From the NCBI GenBank assembly GCA_937944295.1, contig CALDZL010000142.1, forward strand, positions 187 to 64,186: a DNA stretch of 64,000 bases. The letters are read 5' to 3'. Made by a program: the position numbers and the translations under genes. Position 1 is the stretch's first letter. Each line of letters begins with the position of its first letter. Source of the stretch: an uncultured Sphingorhabdus sp. Its GTDB lineage: Bacteria > Pseudomonadota > Alphaproteobacteria > Sphingomonadales > Sphingomonadaceae. The notes beneath the pieces are model-generated. The model was given only the letters and a program-made list of their open reading frames with translations, did not search any database and was not told the DNA's origin. Below are positions 50,039 to 59,968 of the stretch, one piece after another.

Positions 50039-50760
50039 CAAAATTAATCCTATTACGCCCCAAAGAAGGGGCTGAACAAAGCGCCATAATAGCCCGTGAA
50101 AAAGGTTTTGACCCTATAATAGCCCCTGCAACTGAAATCATGTCTTTGCCATGGAGGAATCCGCCAGCCCAAGATTTTGATGCTATCATGATTACTAGTG
50201 CCAATGCGCTCCGTTATGGTGGAGAGGCAATAGGCCAATATAAGCATTTGCCTCTATTTGCTGTTGGCAGAGCCACTGCTAAACTTGCCAGAGATATGGG
50301 TTTCACTATTGCTGCTATGGGTAAAGGTGGGGCAAAAACATTATGGCCAATGATTAGCCAATATGGGGCTAAAAATATATTACGTCTAGTGGGGCGTGAC
50401 TATGTCCATATTGCTGATCAGCATATCAATATTCATACTATCACAGTGTATGAAGCGATTGCATTGCCTATGCATGTGAAATTAAAATGTCTTTTGCGTA
50501 ATGGTAATAGCGATAATGAGAAACCATATATTTTTGCTTTTCACTCAGCTAGAGCTGTACAAATATTTGATGATTATATAATCCAAATGACGAATCGGGG
50601 TTATATCTTTGATAAAGTTGTACATTATGCTGCAGCACTGGCGCCAGCTATAGGAGAGGCTATTTGCCAAAGTAATAGCGCATGGAAGAAAATCATTATC
50701 AGTCCCAGTGCTAATGATCGGGCTATGATAGAAGAAATAACAGAAGTGCTTGGCGCATAG
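50035..50760 (+). CDS. hemD: Uroporphyrinogen-III synthase
   Basis: LRP, TSANA, AVG.ATA, VYEA, HSARA; follows hemC with 4-bp overlap. Confidence 0.88.
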   Translation: MTKLILLRPKEGAEQSAIIAREKGFDPIIAPATEIMSLPWRNPPAQDFDAIMITSANALRYGGEAIGQYKHLPLFAVGRATAKLARDMGFTIAAMGKGGAKTLWPMISQYGAKNILRLVGRDYVHIADQHINIHTITVYEAIALPMHVKLKCLLRNGNSDNEKPYIFAFHSARAVQIFDDYIIQMTNRGYIFDKVVHYAAALAPAIGEAICQSNSAWKKIIISPSANDRAMIEEITEVLGA

Positions 50761-50784
50761 TCATTTTGCGATTACAATGTTTTC

Positions 50785-51741
50785 ATGAGCGGTAATTATG
50801 AACATATTAAATCTGCGCCCAGTGGCGGTGTAAAGTTTCGCACTATCATCATATTATTATTGATAGCCTTTATCGGTGGGACTATCTCTGCGGGCTGGGC
50901 AATTACGAAATATAATTTGTTTCAAACAGATAATAGTAATGCAGCAATTATTATGGATCGTGATACTGTTCCCAATGCAAATGAGACTGCAGTTGCTGCT
51001 AAATCTAACAATCAATCTGTTCAACAATCACAAAATATTGAAGAACAAAATACTGATAACAATAATCAATCTGTTAATGACCTGGTGGATAGTCTGGAGG
51101 GCCGTTTGTCTCCTACCAAGCTTCAGGCCCAGCAAATATCAGGCAATGTAAGCAGAACGGAGTCAATGTTAATTGCATTTTCTGCGCGACGCGCAATAGA
51201 TAGCGGCAGTGCATTGGGTTATATTGAAAATGAACTTCGTTTAAAATTCAGCAACAGTAATCCAGATGATATTAGGGCCATTATTGATGCAGGCAACAAT
51301 CCTGTGCGATTAGCAACATTGCAAAATCAATTGGAAATAGCATCTGATATATTATTGACCCCAAGCAGCGATGCTACTGCTTGGGGTATAATTAAAAAAG
51401 AAATGGGTGAATTATTTGTTGTTAGAAAAGAAGGGTCTCAGCCGCCTCAAGCAGATCGTAGATTGGCACGTATTAAAACGGCTCTGACTAGCCGAGATAT
51501 AAAAACTGCAATATTGGAGATGGAGAAAATGCCAGGAGCCAATAGTGCTCGCGATTGGATTGCATTGGCCAAGCGTTATGATCGTGTTCAAAAAGCATTA
51601 GATGCTATCGAAAAAACGGCAATCTCTATCCCTTCCAATATATTAACTATCGAACCCGTTATTCCGCAGGCTGGAATAGTAAAAGAAAGCCAGCCATCTG
51701 CTGAAAACGCGTCATCCACTACAGGCAACAAGCTTAATTAA
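50785..51741 (+). CDS. Single-TM protein with mitofilin (Mic60)-like C-terminus
   Basis: N-terminal TM, N/Q-rich linker, C-terminal LARIK.AL...D...A..EM.......A.DW...A; directly after hemCD. Confidence 0.6.
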   Translation: MSGNYEHIKSAPSGGVKFRTIIILLLIAFIGGTISAGWAITKYNLFQTDNSNAAIIMDRDTVPNANETAVAAKSNNQSVQQSQNIEEQNTDNNNQSVNDLVDSLEGRLSPTKLQAQQISGNVSRTESMLIAFSARRAIDSGSALGYIENELRLKFSNSNPDDIRAIIDAGNNPVRLATLQNQLEIASDILLTPSSDATAWGIIKKEMGELFVVRKEGSQPPQADRRLARIKTALTSRDIKTAILEMEKMPGANSARDWIALAKRYDRVQKALDAIEKTAISIPSNILTIEPVIPQAGIVKESQPSAENASSTTGNKLN

Positions 51742-51756
51742 TAGATATATTTTGTT

Positions 51757-52362
51757 CTAATCTTTTCTAAGCAGAAATACCGCATGTTCTGCTAATATAT
51801 TAGCGCCAGCTTTTGAAGTCTGTTTATCCCCGCTTAAGAACCATTGATTTTCTTGAATCCATTGCCTTTCGCGTACAATTGCTCGAAAATCATCAATAGT
51901 TACGTGGTGAATATTGGGAGTATCGTACCATTTTTCAGGGATAAGCCGTGTTACAGGCATTCTTCCACCGAAACTAAGTGAGAGACGCACCTGCCAATGA
52001 GCGAAATTGGGGAAGGAGACAAAAGCATATCTCCCAATCCGCAATAAATTATCAATGACTCTATCGGGTCTATGTGTGGTTTGTAGAGTTTGGCTCAATA
52101 TTGCATAATCAAAACTTTTATCGGGATATTCTGATAAATCTGTATCAGCATCGCCTTGTACTACTGATAGGCCGCGTGATACTGCCGCAGATACATTGGC
52201 GGGATCAATCTCTATCCCACGAGCATCTGTATTTTTTTGATCGCGTAAAGCAGCCATTAGCGCACCGTCACCGCAACCTACATCCAGGACCCTAGAGTCT
52301 TGTTCTATATTATTAGCAATAATTGCTAGATCAGGGCGCAACTTATAATCAGATTTATTCAT
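51757..52362 (-). CDS. metW: Methionine biosynthesis protein MetW
   Basis: [37 protein letters not shown]. Confidence 0.95.
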   Translation of the reverse strand: MNKSDYKLRPDLAIIANNIEQDSRVLDVGCGDGALMAALRDQKNTDARGIEIDPANVSAAVSRGLSVVQGDADTDLSEYPDKSFDYAILSQTLQTTHRPDRVIDNLLRIGRYAFVSFPNFAHWQVRLSLSFGGRMPVTRLIPEKWYDTPNIHHVTIDDFRAIVRERQWIQENQWFLSGDKQTSKAGANILAEHAVFLLRKD

Positions 52363-53474
52363 GGTGCAGCCTTTAAAAAACCATTGATGATTTCATTCAT
52401 TTCAGGAGCAGGCAATAAAAAGCTATCGTGGCCAAAGGGGGATTTGAGTTCAACAAAGCTGACATTGCCACCAGCTGCATTAATCGCATGGACAATGCGC
52501 CGTGATTCCGATGTTGGGTAGAGCCAATCGCTGTCAAAACTGATCACACAAAAACGCGTTTGAGTGTCTTTAAACGCATTGGCCAATGTACCGCCATAAT
52601 CATCGGCCAAATCAAAATAATCCATAGCCCGCGTAATATAGAGATAGCTGTTGGCATCAAAGCGATCAACGAAGCTAATGCCCTGATGGCGTAAATAACT
52701 CTCAATTTGAAAATCAGCATCAAAACCGAAACTTTTTTCGTCTCTATCTTGCAGGCGGCGACCAAATTTTTGGGTTAGACCTGTTTCAGAGAGATAAGTA
52801 ATATGTGCAGCCATACGCGCAACCGCTAGGCCCGATGTTGGTGCGTCACCATCATAATAAGCGCCTTTATTCCATCGAGGGTCAGCCATAATGGATTGCC
52901 TGCCGACTTCATGGAACGCAATATTTTGTGCTGATTGGCGTGCTGCCGATGCAATGATAATAGCAGATTTCACGCGCTCAGGAAATTGTGCGGCCCAGCT
53001 TAATGTTTGCATGCCGCCCATAGAACCACCGATTACAGCCGCTAACGTCTTTATTCCTAAATGGTCGAGTAAAATTGCTTGGGCTCGCACCATATCTGCG
53101 ATGGTAATGACAGGAAATTTCATACCATAAGGCTTTTCTGTGGACGGATCGACACTTGATGGACCCGATGAACCAAGACAGCTTCCAATCACATTGATAC
53201 TGATGATAAAATTATGACGAGGATCTATTGGCTTACCCTCACCGATAACATTTAACCACCAACCCTCTTTTCCTGTTACAGGATGGGTAGATGCTGCATA
53301 TTGGTCTCCTGTTAAACCATGACATATGAGTATCGCGTTGTTTTTATCACTGTTAAGCGTTCCATAGGTTTCATAGGCACATTCAATAGGCGCAAATTTA
53401 GCTCCGCTGTCTAATGTCAGCGGACCCAATAAACGGACATTCTTGTCTAACCCATAGCGTTCGTCTTGATTCAT
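52359..53474 (-). CDS. metX: Homoserine O-acyltransferase
   Basis: YETYG, HGLTG, GGSMGG, RFDANSY, GHDSFL. Confidence 0.95.
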   Translation of the reverse strand: MNQDERYGLDKNVRLLGPLTLDSGAKFAPIECAYETYGTLNSDKNNAILICHGLTGDQYAASTHPVTGKEGWWLNVIGEGKPIDPRHNFIISINVIGSCLGSSGPSSVDPSTEKPYGMKFPVITIADMVRAQAILLDHLGIKTLAAVIGGSMGGMQTLSWAAQFPERVKSAIIIASAARQSAQNIAFHEVGRQSIMADPRWNKGAYYDGDAPTSGLAVARMAAHITYLSETGLTQKFGRRLQDRDEKSFGFDADFQIESYLRHQGISFVDRFDANSYLYITRAMDYFDLADDYGGTLANAFKDTQTRFCVISFDSDWLYPTSESRRIVHAINAAGGNVSFVELKSPFGHDSFLLPAPEMNEIINGFLKAAP

Positions 53475-53559
53475 GCGCTATGGCATATCATCGCTATAAT
53501 TATAGACAATAGATAAATCGTTTATTGGCAATCGCATCTAAGGCGTATAAAGCGCCTTT

Positions 53560-54666
53560 ATGAGCAAATTAACACCCAAACCCTATATTTCTGAGATTCA
53601 TGCCTATATTCCTGGAAAAGCAGGCGGCGCAAAACCAATGGCTAAATTATCCGCTAATGAAAACCCATTAGGATGCAGCAAAGATGCAAGCGAGGCCGCT
53701 GCAAAGGAGCGCGCAAATTTCGCCCGCTACCCTAATCCTGCTGCTCATGATTTGCGTGAGGCTCTGGCCGATCATTATGGTTTAGAAAGTGATTTGATTG
53801 TATGCGGCACGGGTTCAGATGAATTGCTCAATCTCGCCGCTCAAGGCTATGCAGGACAGGGGGATGAAATTATTCATGTGCGTTATGGTTTTGCCGTCTA
53901 TGAAATTGCAACGCGTAAAGTGGGCGCAACGCCTATTATTGCAACCGACATAGATTATGGCACTGACGTAGATGCCATATTAGATTTGGTTACGGATAAA
54001 ACAAGGCTTGTATTTCTGGCTAACCCCAACAATCCTACGGGCACATTAACGGCGCAAAGCGAGATTGAGCGGTTGCAGGCAGCTTTACCCAAAAATTGCC
54101 TTTTCGTGCTCGACCAAGCCTATGGTGAATATATGGATGATGATGGGCCGCAAGCTTTTAATCTTGCTCGAGAACATGATAATGTCCTCATCACACGCAC
54201 ATTCTCAAAAATATATGGATTGGCAGCAGAGCGGATTGGTTGGGCCTATGGCCATACCGATATTATTGATACGATCAACCGTATTCGTGGACCATTTAAT
54301 GTAACAACTATTGGTCAAGCCGCTGCGATAGCAGCACTCAAAGATCAACAATTTGTTACCGACAGCCGCGCGTATAATATAAAGTGGCGCGACTGGATGA
54401 TGCAAGAGTTAGAGAGCCTGAGCAATTATGGTTTAACCGCTATTCCATCAGCGGGTAATTTCATCATGGTTATTTTTGCTGACCGTAATGATCGCTTAAA
54501 TGCTACATCGGTCAATCAAGCACTGATGGAAGCAGGCTATATTGTACGGCATTTGCCTAGCCAAGGACTTACCAATGGATTACGTATCACTATTGGAACA
54601 GAAGAAGAAAATCAAGGTTTTATGGATGCATTGCGCTCTATCCTAGAGGCTAATGGTACTATATAA
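53560..54666 (+). CDS. hisC: Histidinol-phosphate aminotransferase
   Basis: KLSANENP, NPNNPTG, DQAY, RTFSKIYGLA. Confidence 0.93.
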   Translation: MSKLTPKPYISEIHAYIPGKAGGAKPMAKLSANENPLGCSKDASEAAAKERANFARYPNPAAHDLREALADHYGLESDLIVCGTGSDELLNLAAQGYAGQGDEIIHVRYGFAVYEIATRKVGATPIIATDIDYGTDVDAILDLVTDKTRLVFLANPNNPTGTLTAQSEIERLQAALPKNCLFVLDQAYGEYMDDDGPQAFNLAREHDNVLITRTFSKIYGLAAERIGWAYGHTDIIDTINRIRGPFNVTTIGQAAAIAALKDQQFVTDSRAYNIKWRDWMMQELESLSNYGLTAIPSAGNFIMVIFADRNDRLNATSVNQALMEAGYIVRHLPSQGLTNGLRITIGTEEENQGFMDALRSILEANGTI

Positions 54667-55562
54667 TGAGCTTTGAGAATATTTCGATTATTGGCCTTGG
54701 GTTAATTGGCTCATCGCTATCGAGAGCCATAATTCAGAGCGGGCTTGGTAAAGTAAGCGGTTATGATGCAAATCCCGATGTTTGCAAGCGCGCGGCTGAA
54801 ATTAATCTATGTTCTCATGTCGCTGACAACCCTGCTGAGGCAGTTCAAAACGCCGATTTGGTCATATTATGCGTACCCGTTGGTGCGATGGGTAATGTCG
54901 CGTCTGAAATTGCTGAATTTTTACCCGCAGAAGTAATTATTAGTGATGTTGGTTCTTGTAAACAGAGCGTTTATAAAGCGTTGCGTAATATTTTACCGCA
55001 TATCATCATCCCAGCTCATCCTGTGGCAGGCACAGAAGAAAGCGGTCCAGATGCGGGCTTTGCAACATTATTTGCTGGCCGTTGGTGCATATTAACGCCG
55101 CCCGATGATGCCCCAATCATAGCCGTTGAAAAACTGACCCAATTTTGGCAAACTATCGGTGCTAATGTGGAAATTATGGACGCTTGCCATCATGATATGG
55201 TGCTTGCAGTAACCAGTCATTTACCGCATCTTATTGCCTATACAATCGTGGGTACAGCCAATGATTTAGAAGAGGTTACACAAAGCGAGGTAATAAAATA
55301 TAGCGCTGGAGGTTTTCGCGATTTCACCCGAATCGCCGCCTCTAATCCCGTTATGTGGCGCGATATTTTTTTATCCAATAAAGAAGCAGTTCTGGAAATG
55401 CTGCAACGTTTCTCCGAGGATTTAACCGCGCTTCAGCGGGCCATCCGTTATGAAAAAGGCGATGAATTAGAGGCTCTATTTTCACGCACGCGCGATATAA
55501 GGCGTTCTATTGTTGAACAAGGCCAAGATGATGAAGCCCCCGATTTTGGACGTAAGCATTGA
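54666..55562 (+). CDS. tyrC: Prephenate/arogenate (cyclohexadienyl) dehydrogenase
   Basis: GLGLIGSS, DVGS.K, HPVAGTE.SG, HD..LA.TSHLPH, GGFRDFTRIA. Confidence 0.88.
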   Translation: MSFENISIIGLGLIGSSLSRAIIQSGLGKVSGYDANPDVCKRAAEINLCSHVADNPAEAVQNADLVILCVPVGAMGNVASEIAEFLPAEVIISDVGSCKQSVYKALRNILPHIIIPAHPVAGTEESGPDAGFATLFAGRWCILTPPDDAPIIAVEKLTQFWQTIGANVEIMDACHHDMVLAVTSHLPHLIAYTIVGTANDLEEVTQSEVIKYSAGGFRDFTRIAASNPVMWRDIFLSNKEAVLEMLQRFSEDLTALQRAIRYEKGDELEALFSRTRDIRRSIVEQGQDDEAPDFGRKH

Positions 55563-55577
55563 TAGTCATATAAGCCT

Positions 55578-56285
55578 TTATTGATTGAGCATATTAATTG
55601 CCTCATGAACGAGCGTACGAATTTCTTCTTTTGGAATGCCTGGTTGCAGCTCATCGCCGATTAAATATGTTATCGTACCAGAGCGTTTCAAAAAGCTATT
55701 CTTTGGCGCCACTCTGCCGCTATTCAAAGCCACGGGGATAGCAACAATATTAAATATCCGATAAATACCAGCAAAGCCGCTTTGTAATAAAGGCCGCTGC
55801 CCGCGCTCTATACGTGTACCTTCTGGGAAAATTACAATCGGCCGACCTTCTTCGATAGCACGATTGGCTTGCCGCATAATCTCACGCATTGATTTTGCAC
55901 CAGCTTCTCGGTCGACCCCTAATAGACCATGGCGCGTTGCCATCCACCCCCACACTGGAATGCTCAACAATTCTTTTTTTGCAATAACAATAGGGTCTTT
56001 TAATATACGTAATGTATCTATGGTCTCAAACATACTCTCATGCTTGAAAACATAGAGTAATGTTTCGTTACGGAATTTGCCTTTAATCACTACATTTATA
56101 CCTAAAAATATACGTGCGCATAAATAGTGATATTGACTCCAACTACGCGCAATGCGGCGTAACCCGCGCGTTGAGAAATAAGCTACTGGTACCCCTAAAA
56201 TAATGATGAAGGTTGAACCGATATAAAAAAAGGTGGTGAATAATAAACTACGAATAAATGTTAAAAATGTGATGGCTATTTTCAT
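55578..56285 (-). CDS. Lysophospholipid acyltransferase (PlsC family)
   Basis: KHES..E (Hx4 acidic), AKKEL, FPEGTR, PVALN. Confidence 0.88.
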   Translation of the reverse strand: MKIAITFLTFIRSLLFTTFFYIGSTFIIILGVPVAYFSTRGLRRIARSWSQYHYLCARIFLGINVVIKGKFRNETLLYVFKHESMFETIDTLRILKDPIVIAKKELLSIPVWGWMATRHGLLGVDREAGAKSMREIMRQANRAIEEGRPIVIFPEGTRIERGQRPLLQSGFAGIYRIFNIVAIPVALNSGRVAPKNSFLKRSGTITYLIGDELQPGIPKEEIRTLVHEAINMLNQ

Positions 56286-56809
56286 ATCCCTATCCAAGCC
56301 ACTATTTGTCGTAAAATATATTTATTATACTCTTTGAATAAGATTTTCAAACTCGGTTCTGTTCTTACCGCATCATTTATGATGCCTACATCTCTATCCA
56401 CGGCCTGATCTAATTCTAACCTTGCACGGCGCATATGCCAATCATGCGTTACCAGCAACAGGGATTTTACCTTATGGCGTGCTGCCCAGCGCGCAGTTTC
56501 TAGAGCATTGGAGCGCGTATCTACGCTTCGGAATCCTAAATCAATACAGCATGAAAATAATTCTTCATCACGCCCATATTCAGCGGCTAATTCTTTGGGT
56601 TTTACATCTTTATCAACGCCCGAGATCAGCATTTTCTTGACTTTTTCACCCTCCAATAACGCCAAAGCTCGGTCAATACGATTAGCACCACCCGTTAGCA
56701 CCACAACCGCATCGGCCGATTCATTTGAGCTTTGCGGTAATGATAGAGCAAACCAAGCAAACCCCATAATATAGATTAATATGATAAAGGCGATTAGGCG
56801 TTTAAACAT
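56282..56809 (-). CDS. YdcF/DUF218 family protein
   Basis: VVLTGG..RI, LISGV, DTRSNA.E, VTHDWHMRRA, EYNK. Confidence 0.88.
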   Translation of the reverse strand: MFKRLIAFIILIYIMGFAWFALSLPQSSNESADAVVVLTGGANRIDRALALLEGEKVKKMLISGVDKDVKPKELAAEYGRDEELFSCCIDLGFRSVDTRSNALETARWAARHKVKSLLLVTHDWHMRRARLELDQAVDRDVGIINDAVRTEPSLKILFKEYNKYILRQIVAWIGI

Positions 56810-56829
56810 TATATTTCACTGAAAATTCG

Positions 56830-57741
56830 TCATAAGATTTTCCTCATAGCACGGCGAACCGTCCAACGTGCTATAAATATAGATAATAAGCCCATTAATA
56901 ACGGAATGCATGCCAAAATAATCCAGCCATACCAAGGCATTGCAATTTGACTGGCTACGCCTTCAACAAGTTTATTGAGGCGGTTAGAGATGAACCAGAT
57001 CGTTAGGCTAGCTGATATAAAGCCTATAGCACCGCCGAAAAATGCATCTACAGCGACACGCCTCTGAAATAAACGTGAAATTTGACTATCTGTACTGCCC
57101 ATAAGATGCATTATATCTAATGTGTGCCGATGTGTGTCGAGCGCGCTTCGCACTGCTAACACGACGGTTGCTGAGGTTGCAGCAGCCAATAATAGCACTA
57201 AACCCAAAATTAAATATATAAAGGATCGCATGAGATCATAAAGCGGCGTAATCCAGCTTTCTTGTGTATCTATTCGTACCGATGGAGCAATAGATTGCAT
57301 GTCACTTAACATTTGGTTGCGAAACTGGTCATTGATAATGGCTTTCATTTGTACATCTATAATAGCTGGCAATGGTATCAAATCATTAGACTCAAAAGCT
57401 GTATTTTCATTTAAACCCAGCCATGGTTCTAATAATTGCACAACGTCTGAATCGCTCAGAGGTTGTACTGATTCGGTTTGTGGTAATTTATTCAAATATT
57501 CTGAGACCTTTATGCGCTGACTTCGACGCTCTACGGGGTTCTCTTCTAATATTTGTATGGTTATTTTCCGTGATAATATTTCATTATTTTGAGAGGCAGT
57601 ATCGGCAATTGCGATGCCAGCAGCACCCGCCAAAACCGTAAGAAAAACCATGATTGCTATTACCCATGGCATTGGGCCAGCTATTCGACCATCTGAAAAA
57701 GCTTTACTATCATTACGCGCTAGAGTGGATTTTAGGCTCAT
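56830..57741 (-). CDS. ftsX: Cell division permease FtsX
   Basis: TM1 plus periplasmic domain (LLEPWLG, LPAIID) plus 3 TM; LMGSTD; follows ftsE. Confidence 0.88.
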   Translation of the reverse strand: MSLKSTLARNDSKAFSDGRIAGPMPWVIAIMVFLTVLAGAAGIAIADTASQNNEILSRKITIQILEENPVERRSQRIKVSEYLNKLPQTESVQPLSDSDVVQLLEPWLGLNENTAFESNDLIPLPAIIDVQMKAIINDQFRNQMLSDMQSIAPSVRIDTQESWITPLYDLMRSFIYLILGLVLLLAAATSATVVLAVRSALDTHRHTLDIMHLMGSTDSQISRLFQRRVAVDAFFGGAIGFISASLTIWFISNRLNKLVEGVASQIAMPWYGWIILACIPLLMGLLSIFIARWTVRRAMRKIL

Positions 57742-57744
57742 TAG

Positions 57745-58458
57745 TTAGACATTCAGCACCAATGGTACGGCTGGGTTTTTCAGCGAACCTGTGGGGTCCG
57801 ATAATTGCCCATCTTTTAGACGCATCATCTGTGCACCTTCTATTTCGCGCAATAAATGTATATCATGGGTCGCAACAATGACAGTAGTACCCAATTTATT
57901 GAGGCCTGCAAATAATTGCAATAAGCGTACTGCCATTTCTGGATCAACATTACCCGTAGGTTCATCAGCCACTAAAATTTCAGGTCTACCAATCACAGCA
58001 CGGGCTATTGCTACACGCTGTTGTTCTCCACCAGAGAGCGTGGTGGGCCGTGCACTCGCACGATCAGCCAATCCTATCCATGATAATAACTCATGTACAG
58101 GGCCTTCTAAGTCTTTTTCTTCGATACCAGATATGCGCAAGGGCATGGCAATATTATCGAAAGCAGAGAGATGATTTAACAATCTAAAGTCTTGGAATAC
58201 AACGCCTATACGTCGTCTAAAACCGGGTAGTCTATCCCGTGGCATCGTAACAATATCTTCACCAAACATTTTAATCATGCCACGGCTTGGTCGATGTGCG
58301 AGATATAATAATTTTAACAAGGATGTTTTTCCAGCACCTGAGGTACCTGTTAAAAAGTAAAAACTACCAGAAAATAGCTTAAAACTTAGGCCAGAAAGGG
58401 CTTCTGCCCCTGCTCCATAACGTAAACCAACATTTTCAAAATCAACAACGGTCTGCAT
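57745..58458 (-). CDS. ftsE: Cell division ATP-binding protein FtsE
   Basis: GTSGAGKT, RRRIGVVFQDFRLL, LSGGEQQR, ADEPTGNVD. Confidence 0.95.
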   Translation of the reverse strand: MQTVVDFENVGLRYGAGAEALSGLSFKLFSGSFYFLTGTSGAGKTSLLKLLYLAHRPSRGMIKMFGEDIVTMPRDRLPGFRRRIGVVFQDFRLLNHLSAFDNIAMPLRISGIEEKDLEGPVHELLSWIGLADRASARPTTLSGGEQQRVAIARAVIGRPEILVADEPTGNVDPEMAVRLLQLFAGLNKLGTTVIVATHDIHLLREIEGAQMMRLKDGQLSDPTGSLKNPAVPLVLNV

Positions 58459-58580
58459 AGAGATTTCATGACACAAAGCGTTGCGACAATCAAAGACTCT
58501 ATCGCAGTTTAACCAATAAATTTTACGAACAAAGCATCATCACACTTGCAACTCATCGCTAGCTCATGTTTATGGAGATT

Positions 58581-59501
58581 ATGATTTTAACATGTCCAAA
58601 TTGCGTCACGCGTTATGTCGTTCCTGATAACGCCATAGGTATTGATGGACGACAAGTACGCTGTGCTAATTGTAAACACAGCTGGTTCCAGGTACCTGCA
58701 CCTATTAAGATTAATGAAGTTGAGACGCCGCCAGCTACCATCGCCCCCAAATCAGTTGGACAAAAAATGTCAGGGAAGGCAAGTTCAGAATCAAAATCTG
58801 AAAATCAAGAAAATATAACATCCACTCAAATTTCTAATAAAACGTTGGTTAACGATAATGTAAATAGTAATGCGACCGTAATAAAGCCTCAAAATATAGA
58901 ATCTAAAACATTGAAACCACAGATAGTTAGAGACAATAATAAAGATAATCTATTCAGTGATGAACGTCTTAATCAAGGTAAATCATCAATCGATGACTCG
59001 CGATCATTACAAAATGAATATCGTGAGGCTATTGCTCCGCCGCCGCCTGCACCATTTGATTATCAGCCACCGTTTAAACCGCGCCGCAATCCAGCTAAAT
59101 TATGGACCATTGCAGCTCTAAGCTTTGCTATGATAGTCGCAATCATAGCGGGAGCTATATGGTATAGCGGGGTTTTAGAAGGCAGCTTGACCTCTCAGAC
59201 AACTTCCTCTCCCCTAAAAGTAATATTGAATGAAAATAATCAACTTAATGAAACTAGCGATGGTCGTAGATTTTTCATTGCTAGTGGAACTATCATTAAC
59301 CCAACCAATGAGACATTAAAGGTACCCGATATGATCGCTGTATTATTGGACAGTGATGAACGTAAAATTTTTAGCTGGGAAATTCCTGCTCCCGTCGCAG
59401 AGCTAGAAGCAGGCGGACGTGTTGAGTTTTCTGGTGCAGCAAATGAGGATGTTCCAAGAGCTGCCATCACTGTAGCTATTGATTGGAAATATACCCCTTA
59501 A
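58581..59501 (+). CDS. MJ0042-type zinc-finger, single-TM, DUF3426-like protein (ZitP-like)
   Basis: [11 protein letters not shown]...VRCANC.H.W, low-complexity linker, TM, C-terminal G.I.N.....VP domain; divergent from ftsE. Confidence 0.8.
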   Translation: MILTCPNCVTRYVVPDNAIGIDGRQVRCANCKHSWFQVPAPIKINEVETPPATIAPKSVGQKMSGKASSESKSENQENITSTQISNKTLVNDNVNSNATVIKPQNIESKTLKPQIVRDNNKDNLFSDERLNQGKSSIDDSRSLQNEYREAIAPPPPAPFDYQPPFKPRRNPAKLWTIAALSFAMIVAIIAGAIWYSGVLEGSLTSQTTSSPLKVILNENNQLNETSDGRRFFIASGTIINPTNETLKVPDMIAVLLDSDERKIFSWEIPAPVAELEAGGRVEFSGAANEDVPRAAITVAIDWKYTP

Positions 59502-59741
59502 AGCTCTGTAAGTTAATGATATAGAGCTATTTAATAGGAATTATTGCCCCAGATACTGAATTTAAATACTGTTTCTATTTGGGTAATCTATTATTTCGGT
59601 CTTGTGGGATGCTAAAACGCCAGTCATATGCTGTTAAAGCAGCTTAAATTGCGATGGTAGCGCATTGTTAAATTACACATATGACGGTGTCTCGGCATGT
59701 TTATGAAAGCTTTTGCTCAATTTTATACCAACCAGTGGCGC

Positions 59742-59953
59742 TACCATAGAAGATTTATTGACTTGTTTTTTGTAAGCCAATCCATCATCGCGAATAATAT
59801 AAATGCCACTCTTTGCGACAAAGAAGATAAATGTCACAAAAGTCTGCCGTATATGGGCCACGGCTAACGCGCCTGATGCAGTAAAATAGCAACGCCGATA
59901 CAATCGATCCAAATCAGCCAAGGGGCTGCCAATGTAATAGGACCGATAGTCAC
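59742..59953 (-). pseudogene. Decayed trimeric intracellular cation channel (TRIC/UPF0126) gene
   Basis: MTIGPITLAAPWLIWIDCIGVAI, frameshift, TASGALAVAHIRQTFVTFIFFVA, shift to VAFILFAMMDWLTKNKSINLLW-stop. Confidence 0.65.
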
Positions 59954-59968
59954 AATATAGGATTAGCC

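Noticed and set aside
53475-53559. SAM riboswitch upstream of metX-metW
   Set aside because: Only 85 bp, shared with the divergent hisC promoter; no SAM-II or SAM-SAH consensus recognisable
59654-59747. 10-bp inverted repeat ATGGTAGCGC/GCGCTACCAT, possible MITE or inversion ends
   Set aside because: Short, single occurrence, no target-site duplication; inverting the segment did not restore TRIC coding
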